Shown: piece after piece, positions 23,700 through 37,310 of the stretch
Layout: each line of letters starts with the position of its first letter
How positions within the stretch are numbered: the stretch's first letter is position 1
NCBI RefSeq assembly: GCF_006345805.1
Contig: NC_043004.1
Span: forward strand, 15,624,001 to 15,688,000
DNA: 64,000 bases
Origin: Octopus sinensis
Taxonomy: Eukaryota
Direction: 5' to 3'
Translations under genes and position numbers: made by a program
Notes under the pieces: model-generated
Seen by the model: the letters and a program-made list of their open reading frames with translations, nothing else
Databases searched by the model: none
What the model was told of the DNA's origin: nothing

Positions 23700-25130
23700 A
23701 CATTTATTAGGCATTTGATACTTTTAATCCTAGTATTCTGTGGGTCATATCAAGGAACATTTATTGCTCTTCTGAATTTCTTAGGATATTCAAAAAGCTA
23801 CATTAAGATCATGAGGGCAAAACTAAACTTCAATGGGACACCTTCAAAGCCAAATCCATTGAGAAACGATGCGAAACAAGGTGGGATCTTAGCACCCACT
23901 TTATTCCCTATATAATTTACCACGCTCCATAATTGTGCTTTCAAGGATTTCGAATTCGATGTGCCCATCTGGCAAATTCTTTAAACTAAAACGTTTCAAC
24001 ATTTGGCATTCTTATATGAAGTTTCTTGTGTGTAGATAGTGCGAATAGTGTGGCTCATTCGACGAAAAAACAACGGATGACATGGGAGAGCGTCTACAAT
24101 GCATGCTTTACAATGGTCTGTATATTTATTCCTTTATTACCCATGGGGGGAGGCTAAATATAGAGGGAACAAAGTGGGACAGACAAAGGGATTAAGTCGA
24201 TGTAATCGACCCCAGTGCGCAACTGGTACTTATTTCATCGACCCCGAAAGGGCAGACGAAATACCGCAAAACATTTTGCCTGGCGTGCTAACGTTTCTGC
24301 CAGCCCGCCGACTTAAATTACTTTGAATGTTACCATTAAAATAATATGTACACTTCGCCAGATGGAGAAGCGTATGTGCAACCTGACATTTACGTGGAGC
24401 AGAAAGATTTGAAGTTGTGACAGCTTAGTGTATATTGGAAGGAAAACCTAGTAGATATGGTATCCTTGATGCTGAAATACATCAGCGGATTGTAAAAGCT
24501 AGTGCTGCTTTCCTGAAACTGGAGATGCCAGCCTGGTTAGATCTTTGTCTCACGAGAAATATGAAGCTCACTGCTATGAGTCGTGTGTATTTACAACTCT
24601 GCATTATAACCGGCGCATCCTGACCATACGTGGTCCTTTTACATGGCTGATGTTTGTGTACTTAAGCTGGTAGCTCCAGTATTGAGAAAAAGATAATTAT
24701 GAAATATTTGCGTTGAACTGCTGATGTTGTCCGGTTGGAAGAAATCAGGTTACTGAAAGAGATGTTTTATGGGGAGCTGACCAGATGGAAATGCCTCAGA
24801 ACAAACCTAAGAAGCGGTTTCATGATGTCATAAAAGGCAAACTTAAAACCCTGGAGATTGATATGGATATCTGTCAAAAACTTGCTGAATATCGTATATC
24901 AAGAGCGAGATTATCAAGTGCATATGTAAAGTCTTTGAGCAAAAGAAAATGGAGCATGCTGTGTGAAGCGGAACCCAAGAGCATGACAGTGGAAACCCAG
25001 CTGAAGTGCTCTATCATTGGACGATTTCTTCTATAAAGAGTTGAGTTTCTCAGCCATGCATAGGAGCCAGGGAGAAATCGAGCTCATTGTGAGATGGTTT
25101 TTAATGCCCAGCATATCTCGCATAATTTGT
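23700..25130 (+). mobile_element. 5'-truncated, decayed RTE-clade LINE (RT domain to 3' end), interrupted by a SINE
   Basis: NDAKQGGILAPTLF (QG motif), SGKFFKLKRFN, decayed YADD region (CVDSANSVAHS), DAEIHQRIVKASAAF, LLKEMFYGEL, KPKKRFHDVIK. Confidence 0.8.
24129..24310 (-). mobile_element. Family-B SINE with internal deletion, inside the RTE remnant
   Basis: Reverse complement matches the array units (ggcgggctggcagaaacgttagcacgcc...tttattacc tail). Confidence 0.85.
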
Positions 25131-27145
25131 ACTGAAAAACGAAATGTCAAATCTCTTAACGTTCCGGTAGAACGAAAGGTGGATTAGAAAGCCACCTAAG
25201 TCACATCAACAGGCAATGTTCTATTATAGAGAAGGCACTTTTCTGGCAAGCAGTGATACACAGCATATTTATACGCACGCAGACACATACGCACACACGC
25301 ATGCACAACACGCATACACCCACATACATATGCGCGCGAACACAAACACACACATGTTCAATGAATTTTACGTGAAAAGTGATTAATATTTAATAGATAA
25401 TTTTTAATAACATGCTAAATTGTTTCATAAATTAAAAATACTATCATTTCTCAAATACATTTAATAATCAAATATCATCGGAAAGGCTTTTTCTGTCTAA
25501 AAACCACGTAGATATTTTGCAAGTATTGTAGCTTTAGCAATCGCTAAATAAATGTTTTATTTAACTCATATTGATTTATGTCTAATAGAAATTTAATTTT
25601 ATACATTTCATGCAAATTTACATATAATTATATATCTACTTACTAGAATTGAATTTTGCTTTCTGAATTATATTTTCCGAATTTAACATCAAAGTCACGC
25701 CAAAAATAGTTTGCAGTTTGCTATACCACAAAATGTTTCATTTTAAATGTTAAATTCTTATATCATAGATAGTCATCTGCAGATCGAAATCAACATACTG
25801 AAAATTTGCATAAAAACTGCTAATTATTTATCGTTTAGATATTCTGGGTTTAAATTACTAGACTTTGCTGTTTAAAAATTCATTTTTTGAAAAACATATT
25901 CTAAATATATAAGAGTCTTGATTATTTGGTTTTTCTACATAGTTAGGCTTTGGTGGATAAGTTAAAATTAGGTCGCTGTATTTATTACATTATCGTCGTG
26001 TCATTCTGACTCGAAACTAGACTGTCTGCGATAGAAAATTAGTATTATGTTTTGTATTTTTTAAACATTCATATATTTGAGATGTTTTTTCATTTTTTTT
26101 GCCTTTATGCAAATGTGACAATAATAGAATATTTTATGAAATGTTATCGGAAGATAAGTTTTGCAAATTTCTTTCGTCACACACTGCTAATTACCTCTAA
26201 TTTGCTTAAGGCAATTAAAGCTCTATTCTTTCATGGTTCTCAGCATATTCATGTAGACAGAATTGTAACACAACTCAGTTTTGTTTTCATAAGTAATGAC
26301 ATCGATAAATGCATATGATTAGGCATGGTTGATGGTACTATCAGAATAATAATCTGATCTTACTCAGAAAATATCTAACTGTTTTATAAAATAAACATTA
26401 TATAATCTGAACCTGAGTTTACAAACGTTTAGCCAAAACCATCTAGGATCGAATACAGCTGGTTGCAGACTATTATCTATTACGGCAGTTATATGGTTAA
26501 GCGACATTATTAGCCTGTTAGTTTTATATAAATAAACTGGATTTTCACATTCATGTGTATATTTATACAAATTGAAAGCGAGAGCTGAGTGATGACATTT
26601 GGTCGATATTACAAACTTTTGTCTGTTACATGTGTATGGCTTCATCTAATTATTTTACAGGTCTACAACACTTTACAGCTTGGCTAATCTTATCCAGATT
26701 ATTTAGTGAGATTCGTTGCAGGAAATACTTCAGTTGTTGTGAAAGCAAATTAGAATATAGGTTATATAGTTTTGTATGGAAACATTCGCTGTAGATCAGA
26801 ATAGAACAATTCATATAGTCCGTCGTTCAGTTTTCCATTTAAATTTGTTAATTAAGCCTGTAGAATACCAGAATTGAGTCCAATTTCTACGATTGTTTCG
26901 TGCTGAAGAAGCGAGAGAAGTTTTTAATTATTTTCAATGTGATTTAATAAATTTATCTTTAATCTACGTTATCTTTAACGTAATACAACACAAAATATAA
27001 CAAAACACGAAACTATTCTAAAATAGTTAAAAAGTTAATTAATCTGCTTCTTTGGAAATCAAAGTCCTCTAATTTGTTATAATAAATGTAAGTTTTTTCA
27101 TGGTCTTGATTTTGATAGTTGCGTTCATTTACAGAGAGAACGATG

Positions 27146-27496
27146 TACAAGGGGACTCTGAAAATTTTATGGGTTTCAGTAACATAAAATAGAGAAAGAT
27201 TATTATTTTATTTAATATATTCCCTTCTCAGATTCACACACTTATCGCACCCGTCTTTCAGTTTTTCTAAGACCTCTAAAATAGCTCCGAATGCTGGGCG
27301 TCCAAGCATAATTTTAGCGACACCTTTAAAGTAATGAAATTTTTAGCAGCCCCTCGGTGAAAAAGAGGGTGATTCATAACGCAAATTTGGGTATCCTTGT
27401 TGAAATTCATCTACTATATTCAGAGTTTTCACATCGGTTTGAGATTGGGCAGTTTCAGTCACATATAAGTTTCTATATGTAAAGTGGTCCCTTGAA
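27146..27496 (-). mobile_element. Internally deleted mariner element (MITE-like)
   Basis: Ends tacaaggggac / gtcccttgaa. Minus translation LEKLKDGCDKCVNLRREYIK* resembles a mariner transposase C-terminus. Confidence 0.6.
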
Positions 27497-27829
27497 GCTT
27501 GCTTAACTCCACTACATTTCTAGAAAAAATGCCTATGAATATGATCGTCTGCATATACCAATGACGCCAATTCCGAGAATATTATACTAACATTTGACTC
27601 TACGGGAGTAGCAATCTGTGCTCTTATTATTTCAAATTCAAGCACAGAAAAAAGTAAAAATTCGGCAAAACATTCCACCCTGGGCTCTAATGATTCTGCT
27701 AAAATTACACTTTACTAAATATATAAACAGCATACCAACTGAAATCATATTCGGCAGCCTAAAATCAATATATAATGAACATTCTAAATGCATAAACACA
27801 CAAACACACACACACACACACATAGTTGA

Positions 27830-27958
27830 AATTTACAAAAATACAAGAGATGAAGACAGATGTATGAACAACAAGCAGATTTATCAGTTTGACGCCGGGA
27901 AAGCGAGAGAGTTTTTTACGTTCCGAGCCTACGCTCTTTAGCAGAAAAGAAAAAACTT
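27830..27958 (-). mobile_element. Decayed PLE pseudo-LTR-like module
   Basis: Shares the gaagacag...ttttacgtt(t/c)cgagcctac(g)ctctt motif with 23262-23445. Confidence 0.55.
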
Positions 27959-29581
27959 GTGCTTTAAGCGGCGGTATATCAAAAAATTTTCTGCTCCAAA
28001 ATTTATTACATGATAATCATCTCTATAAACATTGGGTTTATTATTCTAATTTGTAAATGTACTAATGTTTTTCATGCAAAAACATGAAATTAAAAGGAGC
28101 CTGATTTTATTTTCCAGTGCAAAACACTGCAATAACAGTGTAGACATAGATACATTTCCAAACCGATGAACTTCCGGGCAAACATATGCAGATACACACA
28201 AACACAAGCACACACAAATACACACACGCACAGTCACACAGACACAGAGTTGATAGGGGAAAAGACAGACAAGAATGCGTCTGATCTGTGTGGCAGAACA
28301 AAAGGAAAGAAAGAAGCTTAAGTTAGGAAAGGAAAGATGTCCGATTGTCACGTGTGAGCAACGAGAGAATACAGGAAGAAGAGTGAGAGAGAGGGACCGA
28401 TAGAGAAAGGTGAAGGGGAGAGGAAAAGAATTAGAGAAAGAATGAGAGAGAAAAAAGCGAAATGGTGATAAGGGGAGATAAAAATTTAGAGAAAGGGAGA
28501 GGAAACGGAAGTGGAGAAGTAAAGAGAATAGCACAAGATAGAGTCCCACCGGAATTAAGATAAACTTACTTGGAAATGGATGCGTGGCCTTCAATCATAT
28601 AATAATATAAATAATATATATGCATATATACATACATATATGTAAATACTTACATATATATGTGTGTTTGTGTGTGTGTGCATGTGTGTGTGCTTGTATG
28701 TGTGTGTGTCTGTTTGTGTGTGTGCATATATGGGTACAGGATGTCATAAAAGGTAAACAACATGAAATACGAAATGTGAAAACCTGGAATACGAATTCTT
28801 TTATGCGAACAACAAAAGAAACAAATGGAAAAACAAGACAAGTAACATAAAGAACGACCCGTCATCAGTTGTCAGCTGTTTATCTTCTCCACTCTTCGAT
28901 GTATATATTACACAGCCGTTCACCCAAAACACACGCGCACGTACGTATATGCCTGTGATGGGTTGTGTCCATATGTTTTTCCAAGCAGTTAATTGTACAA
29001 ATTCGTTTTAGTCCTTCTCTCATATTACTTTCTAGCAGAATGTGATTTCCCTTCGATTGAGTTTTCGTCAGCTCGTTTACAGTCAGAAAGTATTTTCTCT
29101 GAACAGCGCGGAAGTTATACTATTCTACGTTGCAAGATAGCTATGTAAAATCAAAAGAAATCCAACTTGTAATGTTATCAAATGAAAAAATCCTTTAAAC
29201 CATTATTCAAATGACATGTATCAAATTAAGACCCTTCTGTTTGATGTGTATAAATGTTAATTATTGCGTTTAATCGGCAGCACAGTGACTATATCAAGGA
29301 AAATGTTTCACTAAATATCAAGATTGAATTACGAAATCTTACCGCTACGCATTAAATATTTATGTGTTATTGTCGTTGACAATGATTAAGATAACTTGAG
29401 CCTTTAATAATGTAGAATGTAAAAAAAATTAGCCATTTTTTAAAAGACAAGCAACTATTTAAAGCTAGGTGAATTCATGTGTATTAATGTGATTTAATAA
29501 GTGATGAAGAACTGCAAATGTTGCACGAATATACTTTATAGAAATTTTAGCATTTTCGTTGGACCATCCTAGCATCAAATC

Positions 29582-30890
29582 GACGAGCTAGCAGAAACGT
29601 TAGCGCGCCGGCCGAAATGCTTAGCGGTATTTTGTCTGCTGTCGCGTTCTGAGTTCAAATTCCGCCGAGGTCATCTTTGCCTTTCATCTTTTCGAAGTCG
29701 ATGAATAAATTACCGGTTGCACACTGGGGTCGATGTAATTGACTTAATCCTTTTGTCTGTCCTTGTTTGTCCCCTCTATGTTTAGCCCCTTGTTGGCAAT
29801 AAAGAAATATACTTATAGCAACGGCGGCGAGCTGGCAGAAACGTTAGCAGGCCGGGTGAAATGCTTAACGGTATTTTGTCTGCCGTTACGTTCTGAGTTC
29901 AAATTCCGCCGAGGTCAACTTTGCCTTTCATCTTTTCGAAGTCGATGAATAAAGTACCGGTTGCACACTGGGGTCGATGTAATTGACTTAATCCTTTTGT
30001 CTGTCCTTGTTTGTCCCCTCTATGTTTAGCCCCTTGTTGGCAATAAAGAAATATATTTATAGCAACGGCGGCGAGCTGGCAGAAACGTTAGCAGGCCGGG
30101 TGAAATGCTTAACGGTATTTTGTTTGCCGTTACGTTCTGAGTTCAAATTCCGCCGAGGTCAACTTTGCCTTTCATCTTTTCGAAGTCGATGAATAAAGTA
30201 CCGGTTGCACACTGGGGTCGATGTAATTGACTTAATCCTTTTGTCTGTCCTTGTTTGTCCCCTCTATATTTAGCCCCTTGTTGGCAATAAAGAAATATAT
30301 TATAGCAACGGCGGCGAGCTAGCAGAAACGTTAGCAGGCCGGGTGAAATGCTTAACGGTATTTTGTCTGCCGTTACATTCTGAGTTCAAATTCCGCAGAG
30401 GTTGACTTTGCCTTTCATCCTTTCGGGGTCGATTAAATAAGTACCAGTTACGCACTGGAGTCGATATAATCGACTTAATACGTTTGTCGGCCCTTATTTG
30501 TCCCCTCCGTGTTTAGCCCCTTGTGGGTAATAAAGAAATAGGTATTTTGTCTGCCGTTACGTTCTGAGTTCAAATTCCGCCGCGGTTGACTTTGCCATTC
30601 ATCCTTTCGGGGTCGATTAATTAAGTACCAGTTACGCACTGGAGTCGATATAATCGACTTAATACGTTTGTCTGCCCTTGTTTGTCCTCTCTGTGTTTAG
30701 CTCGTTGTGGGTAGTAAAGAAATAGGTATTTCGTCTGCCGTTACGTTCTGAGTTCAAATTCCGCCGTGGTCGACTTTACCTTTCACCCTTTCGGTGTCGA
30801 TAAATTAAGTACCATTTGCGTACTGGGGCCGATCTAATTGACTGGACCCCTCCCCTAGAATTTCGTCTTTGTGCCTATTGTAAAAAGACC
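29582..30890 (+). repeat. Six-unit head-to-tail tandem array of family-B (Meta-domain type) SINEs
   Basis: Units start at 29582, 29823, 30067 and 30310 (period about 244), then head-less units at 30541 and 30725 (period 184). The core gccgaggtcgactttgcctttcatcctttcggggtcgat resembles the Meta domain. Confidence 0.95.
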
Positions 30891-31438
30891 ATCCCTACAT
30901 TATTTTCGTTAATGATTTAACGAAAACTACATTAGCCAAAGTGTTGTGTTCTTATTATAATTAATATGATAGATTATGTTTTGAGTTTTCCAGAAGACTG
31001 AGTAACAACTAGAACATTTTGGCACTAGCTGAGTTAGAAGGCAATGTCAAATGTTAATTCCATTCACAAATTAAACAGGAAATGATTAAAAATTTCCATT
31101 TTGATATATTCTCAATCCTCAATTCGTCAGTATAAGTATACGTCGGCAAAGAAAACAATTTTCTTTTCTGCATTATAATAAGTTATATCTAAAGGGATTC
31201 CGAGCTTTAATAAAATGCTTTCATAACTCTATTCAATATTTAAAGCCAAAACAAATTTCATAAATTTCTGTGCAGAGTAGAGTGATACAAGATGATTCTG
31301 CGTTCATAATAGGAAGTAGGATTTGCATTTCATTATGCTGTTAAGTATAGGAGAACAAAACCATACATTTGCATAGATTTGTTTGAAAGCAACATTTTCG
31401 TTTACAAATCCTTACTGATGTTTAAACACATATGGGTT

Positions 31439-31512
<74 letters not shown>

Positions 31513-32008
31513 GCATTTATAGGTATATATATAGTTTCTACCAATATATACATACATTTATGTATGTGTGTTCGTAGGTGCAAGGATAGATAAATACCTA
31601 CATATATGCATACATATCTATAGCAGAATAGAAAGTCATGTATAATAAACCTGAAATAAGTATCATGTTCCATAAACGGATGAGTATTGAAATATGCGCT
31701 TCAAGGTACGTATTCATATAGTTTTTCTCGCTCCTAATCTTGGCATAATGATAAAGCTCGAACACGGTTTCCAATTATGAAGCAACAAATCAATATGGGA
31801 CTTAAAGAATGTAGAGTTTTAAATACTGAATAGGGCTATGAATGATTCAAGGGATTTGAATTTCTTTAACAAGAAACTAACGTGCATGAACAATAAAGCA
31901 AATATTGAAATTCCATGAACAGGGAATGTGTGAGTGTATGTGCGGGAGTGTGTTTATGCATACACACGCACACAAGTACACACACTAACACACACACACT
32001 CACACACT

Positions 32009-32048
<40 letters not shown>

Positions 32049-32528
32049 ATCATTACAAATTCTAGTACAACGCCGGCAATTTCGGGGGAGGGGATAATTT
32101 ATCAAACCTGAAAGGATGTAAGACAAAATCGTGTTCAGCAGAGTATATGTATTTAATAACAAGTAAGTGAATAAACTTATAATATTATTTGCAAAGCTCC
32201 TTTACGAGTATTGGCTACAAATTGCTACACATAGTAGGACTTCTCCTTCAACTGAATATAAAGTTGGAGCCCCATGAACATCCACTGAATTTATGCGAAC
32301 CAATTTTACTACGAGAAAATGGAATGACCAGGCTTTATTCCAAATCACTACAATTGATTCGACACCTTATTATCATTTCCTGATCGATGAACATTACATA
32401 TATTATACACTTTATTGTATTAACATTATACAACAATAACTGTTTACGTACACATCTTCAGGTAAGTAGATTCTAGAACGCGTCTAGATGACGGGTTTGT
32501 CGATGAAAATATTTGTCACTATCTATCA

Positions 32529-32559
<31 letters not shown>

Positions 32560-32569
32560 TGTATGTATG

Positions 32570-32612
<43 letters not shown>

Positions 32613-32904
32613 AGAAATGAGGTAATCAGAAGATCGGATTGTTTATATTTACAGATATTTATTTATATATTACATTGTTTATATATATATAATATCACTT
32701 AGATCATTAGCGCTTTCTCCCATTCTAGTGGGGTTTTCAAATCAAAATGTATATATATATGTATATATATATATGTATATATATATATAAAAGAGAGATA
32801 TGTAATAATTAATATATATCGTAACTAATATCCATCAATATATATACAATTCCTGGTGATTTATTAAAGGAATTATTTATTAATTTATTAAAGGATTTAT
32901 TAAA

Positions 32905-34150
32905 GGAACAAGCCCAAGTGTTTCATGAAGAGCTAGGATTGCAACACAAGTGTGAACATTCAGAAAGTTGGCTGCATCGTTTCAATTCGCGACGTGTCTT
33001 ACAGTTTTGTGCCGTTACGCTGTAAAGCTGCGGGTAACCATAGATGTATGTTGCTTGCTATCAAGCTTTCAATGGAATGACCCAGTTTCCTGTCCATTGC
33101 AGTGCCAACAAGAAGGGGTGGGTTGCTACTAATATTACATTCGACTGGTTCCAAAAATGTTTTGTTCCTGAGGCCAGGGCTCAATGTAACTCAGTTGGAC
33201 TAGACCCTAAATGTAAGATACTTCATATTTTGGGACATTTGTTCAGCACATCCAAAAGCCGATCTTCTAGTGAAAAATAATTGCTACCTTCCACCCAACT
33301 GCACGTTACTAATTCGACCATAGGGCAATTGTTTAATGAAGTGTAAGTATCGATCCATATTAATTAGGTTCCTAGTTAGTTCAGTAAATTCAGGCACCCC
33401 AGAACAGACGTTTATCAAAGAATTCAACATTAAAGATGCAGTGTGCTGTGTTGCCAATGCATGAACGCCTGTCAAAACATCAACACTGAAAACGTGATTG
33501 CATAAATTGTGGCCATTCTCATTCTCACGAAGATATTTTAAGATGGTTTTGAAGGATTTAGGGTTTCCAAAGAGAAGTAGCTTATACAGGAACTTATTGC
33601 TTATTTTAGAGATGTCACTAAACCTGATGCCAAGGAGCTTTCAGCAAGGCTGAATGGAGATGATTTAACGGAACGGATGGATGTTGATGATTATGCATCT
33701 ACAGCTCATCATTACATTGATTCTAAAATTGTAGATATGGTTAAAAGTACGGAGAGACATGCCTATACAGGTAGTTATGAAGATGAAAGCAGTGATGAAA
33801 ATGAGGAGGATGTTAGAGCAAGAGTCTCTATTGACAGGTTAATTACGTTGAAACCTAAACTGCTGGCTGGACTAGAGGAATAATATTTTGTATGGGAACA
33901 AGAAACCATGAATATTTAATTGCTCCAGACTAAACTTATTTGAGAAAGACTCATGTATATGAAGTAACAGACACTACAAGCAGCAGTGTCTACACTTTAT
34001 TATCCACTGCCATCAACTTCAAGTCAAGCAGATGTGCTGTCACCTCCATCAACGTTTCCTCCACAGGTTGAAGCTGTTCCTGTTACTGACGATGGTGTCA
34101 CTGTCAGTGATGATGATAATGAATCTGATATCCCATCTGTTATTTAGCTT
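32905..34150 (+). pseudogene. Tigger/pogo-family transposase remnant with internal deletion
   Basis: EQAQVFHEELGLQHKCEHSESWLHRF (CENP-B HTH-like), ANKKGWVATNITFDWFQKCFVPEAR...CKILHIL (DDE_1-like), LPPNCT, IKEFNIKDAV, acidic C-terminus. Confidence 0.8.
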
Positions 34151-34319
34151 CTTAAAATTCTTAGGAACTATTTTACATAGATGAATTAAAATTTATGACC
34201 TATTGCATAGTTCTGCTGGCGAGCAGGAGAAACAGATGCCACCGTATGCAGTATCTTAACAGAAGGCGCTGGAAAGGTTAGCTTTCGATAATAGATAATA
34301 CAGGTAATACACGTATGTA

Positions 34320-34415
<96 letters not shown>

Positions 34416-34451
34416 GCACAACCGTAAGCACTATGTAAGACGACCTTGATA

Positions 34452-34635
34452 TTAATATTGATTTTAAATATTGGCACAAGGTCAGTATTTTCGGGTTTGT
34501 TCGATTACATCCACTCAAGTGCTCAGTTACTAATTATTTTATCGATCTCGAAAGGATAAAATGCAAATCGACCTCACCTGAATTAGAACTCAGAGTGTAA
34601 AGTTGGATGAAATGCAGCTAAGCAATTTCTTCGGG
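34452..34635 (-). mobile_element. Degenerate family-B SINE
   Basis: tttatcgatctcgaaaggataaaatgcaaatcgacctcacctgaattagaactcag is the reverse of the family-B core. Confidence 0.65.
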
Positions 34636-34969
34636 GCTGTCACCATTCTGCCTACTTGCCGCCTTATACTTTGTCAATAATATTATGCAATATAATGTCA
34701 CTGATCGGTAGAAACATTGGAAGCTTCACAGAAAAGTTCACTGGTTATTTAGATGCAGATCCACATATAGTAAGTTCAAATCACGCGAACGTCAACGCCG
34801 GAGTTCTACCTTCTAGTGTGATGGAAATGAATTTATGGATAGACATATTGGGCTTTTGGTGAGCGTTTGAATCCATAATCATGAATAGTAAATCAATTCA
34901 ATATCAGACAATGCGGTTTGCCTCAAAGAATTGTGTTTTTCTCATCCAGCCGTCAACAATCAAACTCAC

Positions 34970-35052
34970 ACACATACTCACACACAAACATTTACAGGCA
35001 CACACATACACACACGCACACCACACATACACATACATATACACACATACGT

Positions 35053-35104
<52 letters not shown>

Positions 35105-35460
35105 CAAGAGAGAGAGTGAGATTGGTGGCGATATATATATATACGTGTGATGTGTGATGTGCTCCTCCTCCTTTAATATATATATATATATATATGTATG
35201 TATATATATATATATATATATATATGCATATATATATGCATAAATATATATATCTATATCTATCTATGCATACATTCATAGATATATATATATATATATG
35301 TATGTATGTATATATATACGTGTGTATATATATATATGTATATATGTATACATATATATGTATATTTATGTATGTATGTATAGATGGACATCTATGTATA
35401 TACACATATATGTGTGTATGTATGTGTCTGTGTGCGCGCCTTTAAAGCGTGTGTGCATAT
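34970..35460. repeat. Compound CA/TA/TATG microsatellite field
   Basis: Seen directly in the sequence. Confidence 0.95.
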
Positions 35461-36717
35461 GTGTGCGTACGCTATAAACTTTCAGTAATATTTCATTTTT
35501 TCCCCTTTTTGTGTGGTGGAGGAAGTATATTTCATTACTTGTACAGCTTATTATATCAGCTGATGCAGTCCCTTTGGGTAATTGAATTCAGCCTATATGA
35601 CTTAGGTTATGCGTTAGCAGAGGCTACCGGTTTACTAGAGCTTCGTATAATTATTGGGTTTATTACATATTATAGAAAATCTGATAAGAACGACATATAT
35701 ACATAGAAATGTAATGAGGCGTCATGATTTCCTATAATGCTATCTCTCCAGCGGTCACGATAACTTCATATATCCATCATATCGAATATGTTATGCATCC
35801 AGTGATTAATCCCTTTATCGATCGTAAATCTATTGAGTATGGTGTTTTGAAAATGTACAGCAGTTTATAATGTCGGAGCTTACGTCATTTCAATGATGAT
35901 CATTCATTTGCACAACCCATTGAATTACCAGTACTAAAATTAATGTTTCAGCGGTTGGGTATTCGATAGTCTCGTGTGCATTTAACTTAATCCACACTGG
36001 TCGAATTAGCCTGACAACGCTTTCAAATACAAGTTCAGTTCAACACATAATAATGTTCGGGAAAATAAAAAAAGCCATCACGCTACTGTCATGAGAATAT
36101 ATTTATTTCCCACGAAATGATGACAAGATCACGGTTGGATCTGAACTCAAAATGCAGAGTGCTGAAATAATTATAATAATGCATTATATCGCACGTCGTA
36201 ACGCTATACTCATTCGTCTCTCTATTACGTTACTAATAGTTCATTGGTTATACCGTAAACAAATATAGAAAGTGTTGGAATAGATTATACTGACCCATTT
36301 TTCTTATATTATCACCGAGTAGCTTGAAGGCGATAACAAAATTATTGCCCATGAAGAAGAGTTTATAGAAGACTTTTAGTAACCCATTTAAAGTCAGCAT
36401 TTAAATATGGTAGGATTCGCTGCGAAACAAAAATGCGGTCAAACACAACTTCTCAAATGAAATCCATGTTATCTGAGGCTACAGCTAACACTCAAAAAGT
36501 CGTATGTTTTGGTTTGATATTTTTTTTAGAGTCAATGTTCATACACATTAATTTTATCAACTCTTTGCGCATTACTGACATTGTTATACACTGGAAACTC
36601 ACAATTATACACGAAACAGAGGAATACACAAAGACGTATCTATATTCAGGCAAATGTTTCGTATATGTTTCTACGAATTCATTTATGTATAGTCATGCAG
36701 ATGTATAAATATATATC

Positions 36718-37051
36718 TGAGAACCCCTTCGATCACGAGACAGACCATGGGATTGCACCTAGAAAGTAACCCTCCCACGTACAAGTCCGGGTAAGGTTGT
36801 TTATGGAAGACCAGCAGTCGCCCATGCATATCAGCCTCCCCTCTCCTCGCCACCAGTGTTATCCAAGGGAACTACAAAGGCCGATACTGCTTGGCACCTG
36901 TGACGTCGCAACTCATTTCTACAGCTGAGTGAACTGGAGCAACGTGAAATAAAGTGTCTTGCTCAAGAACACAACACGCAGCCTGGTCCGGGATTCGAGC
37001 TCACAACCTGATGATCGTAAGCTCAAAGTTCTAACCACTGAGCCATGCGCC

Positions 37052-37055
<4 letters not shown>
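36718..37055 (-). mobile_element. Family-C tRNA-derived SINE (long-tail variant)
   Basis: Reverse complement of tgaaggcgcatggctcagtggttag...gttcttgagcaagacactttatttcacgttgctccag. Matches 42000-42333 and 60844-61170. Confidence 0.9.
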
Positions 37056-37120
<65 letters not shown>

Positions 37121-37139
37121 CAAAGCAAACAAACAACTT

Positions 37140-37310
37140 TAAAAATAATAAAACACAAAAGGAGACGTGCACATGGGATGTATTCGTCTGATACTCAGTA
37201 AAAAGAGCATTTTTGACATTTCGAGCACAGCTCTTCGTTGGAAAAGGAAAGTGAAAAAGGAAAAGTCAAAAGAAAGATAAAAAATCACCAATAGCAATTC
37301 TGTAGTTTCA
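37140..37310 (-). mobile_element. PLE pseudo-LTR-like module with a decayed hammerhead-like motif
   Basis: Minus 37246-37208: uuuu CCAACGA agagc-ugu-gcuc GAAAU GUC aaaa. Confidence 0.5.

Noticed and set aside
26661-26792. Strong-looking splice acceptor (ctaat...ttttacag|G) followed by an open frame GLQHFTAWLILSRLF...
   Set aside because: No convincing donor or homology. Such acceptors are common by chance in T-rich DNA, as also at 14568, 43520 and 47542.
28046-28594. 182-aa hydrophobic ORF on the minus strand
   Set aside because: Derives from a purine-rich low-complexity tract and a CA repeat. The F/L/S bias is compositional.
28855-28900. CUGAUGA on the minus strand next to AAACAGCUGAC
   Set aside because: No stem II-GAAA follows the core and the element order does not give a foldable hammerhead.
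29582-30890. Regularly spaced repeats superficially like a CRISPR array
   Set aside because: Whole units of 184-244 bp are repeated with no unique spacers and no cas genes. The context is eukaryotic and the units are SINEs.
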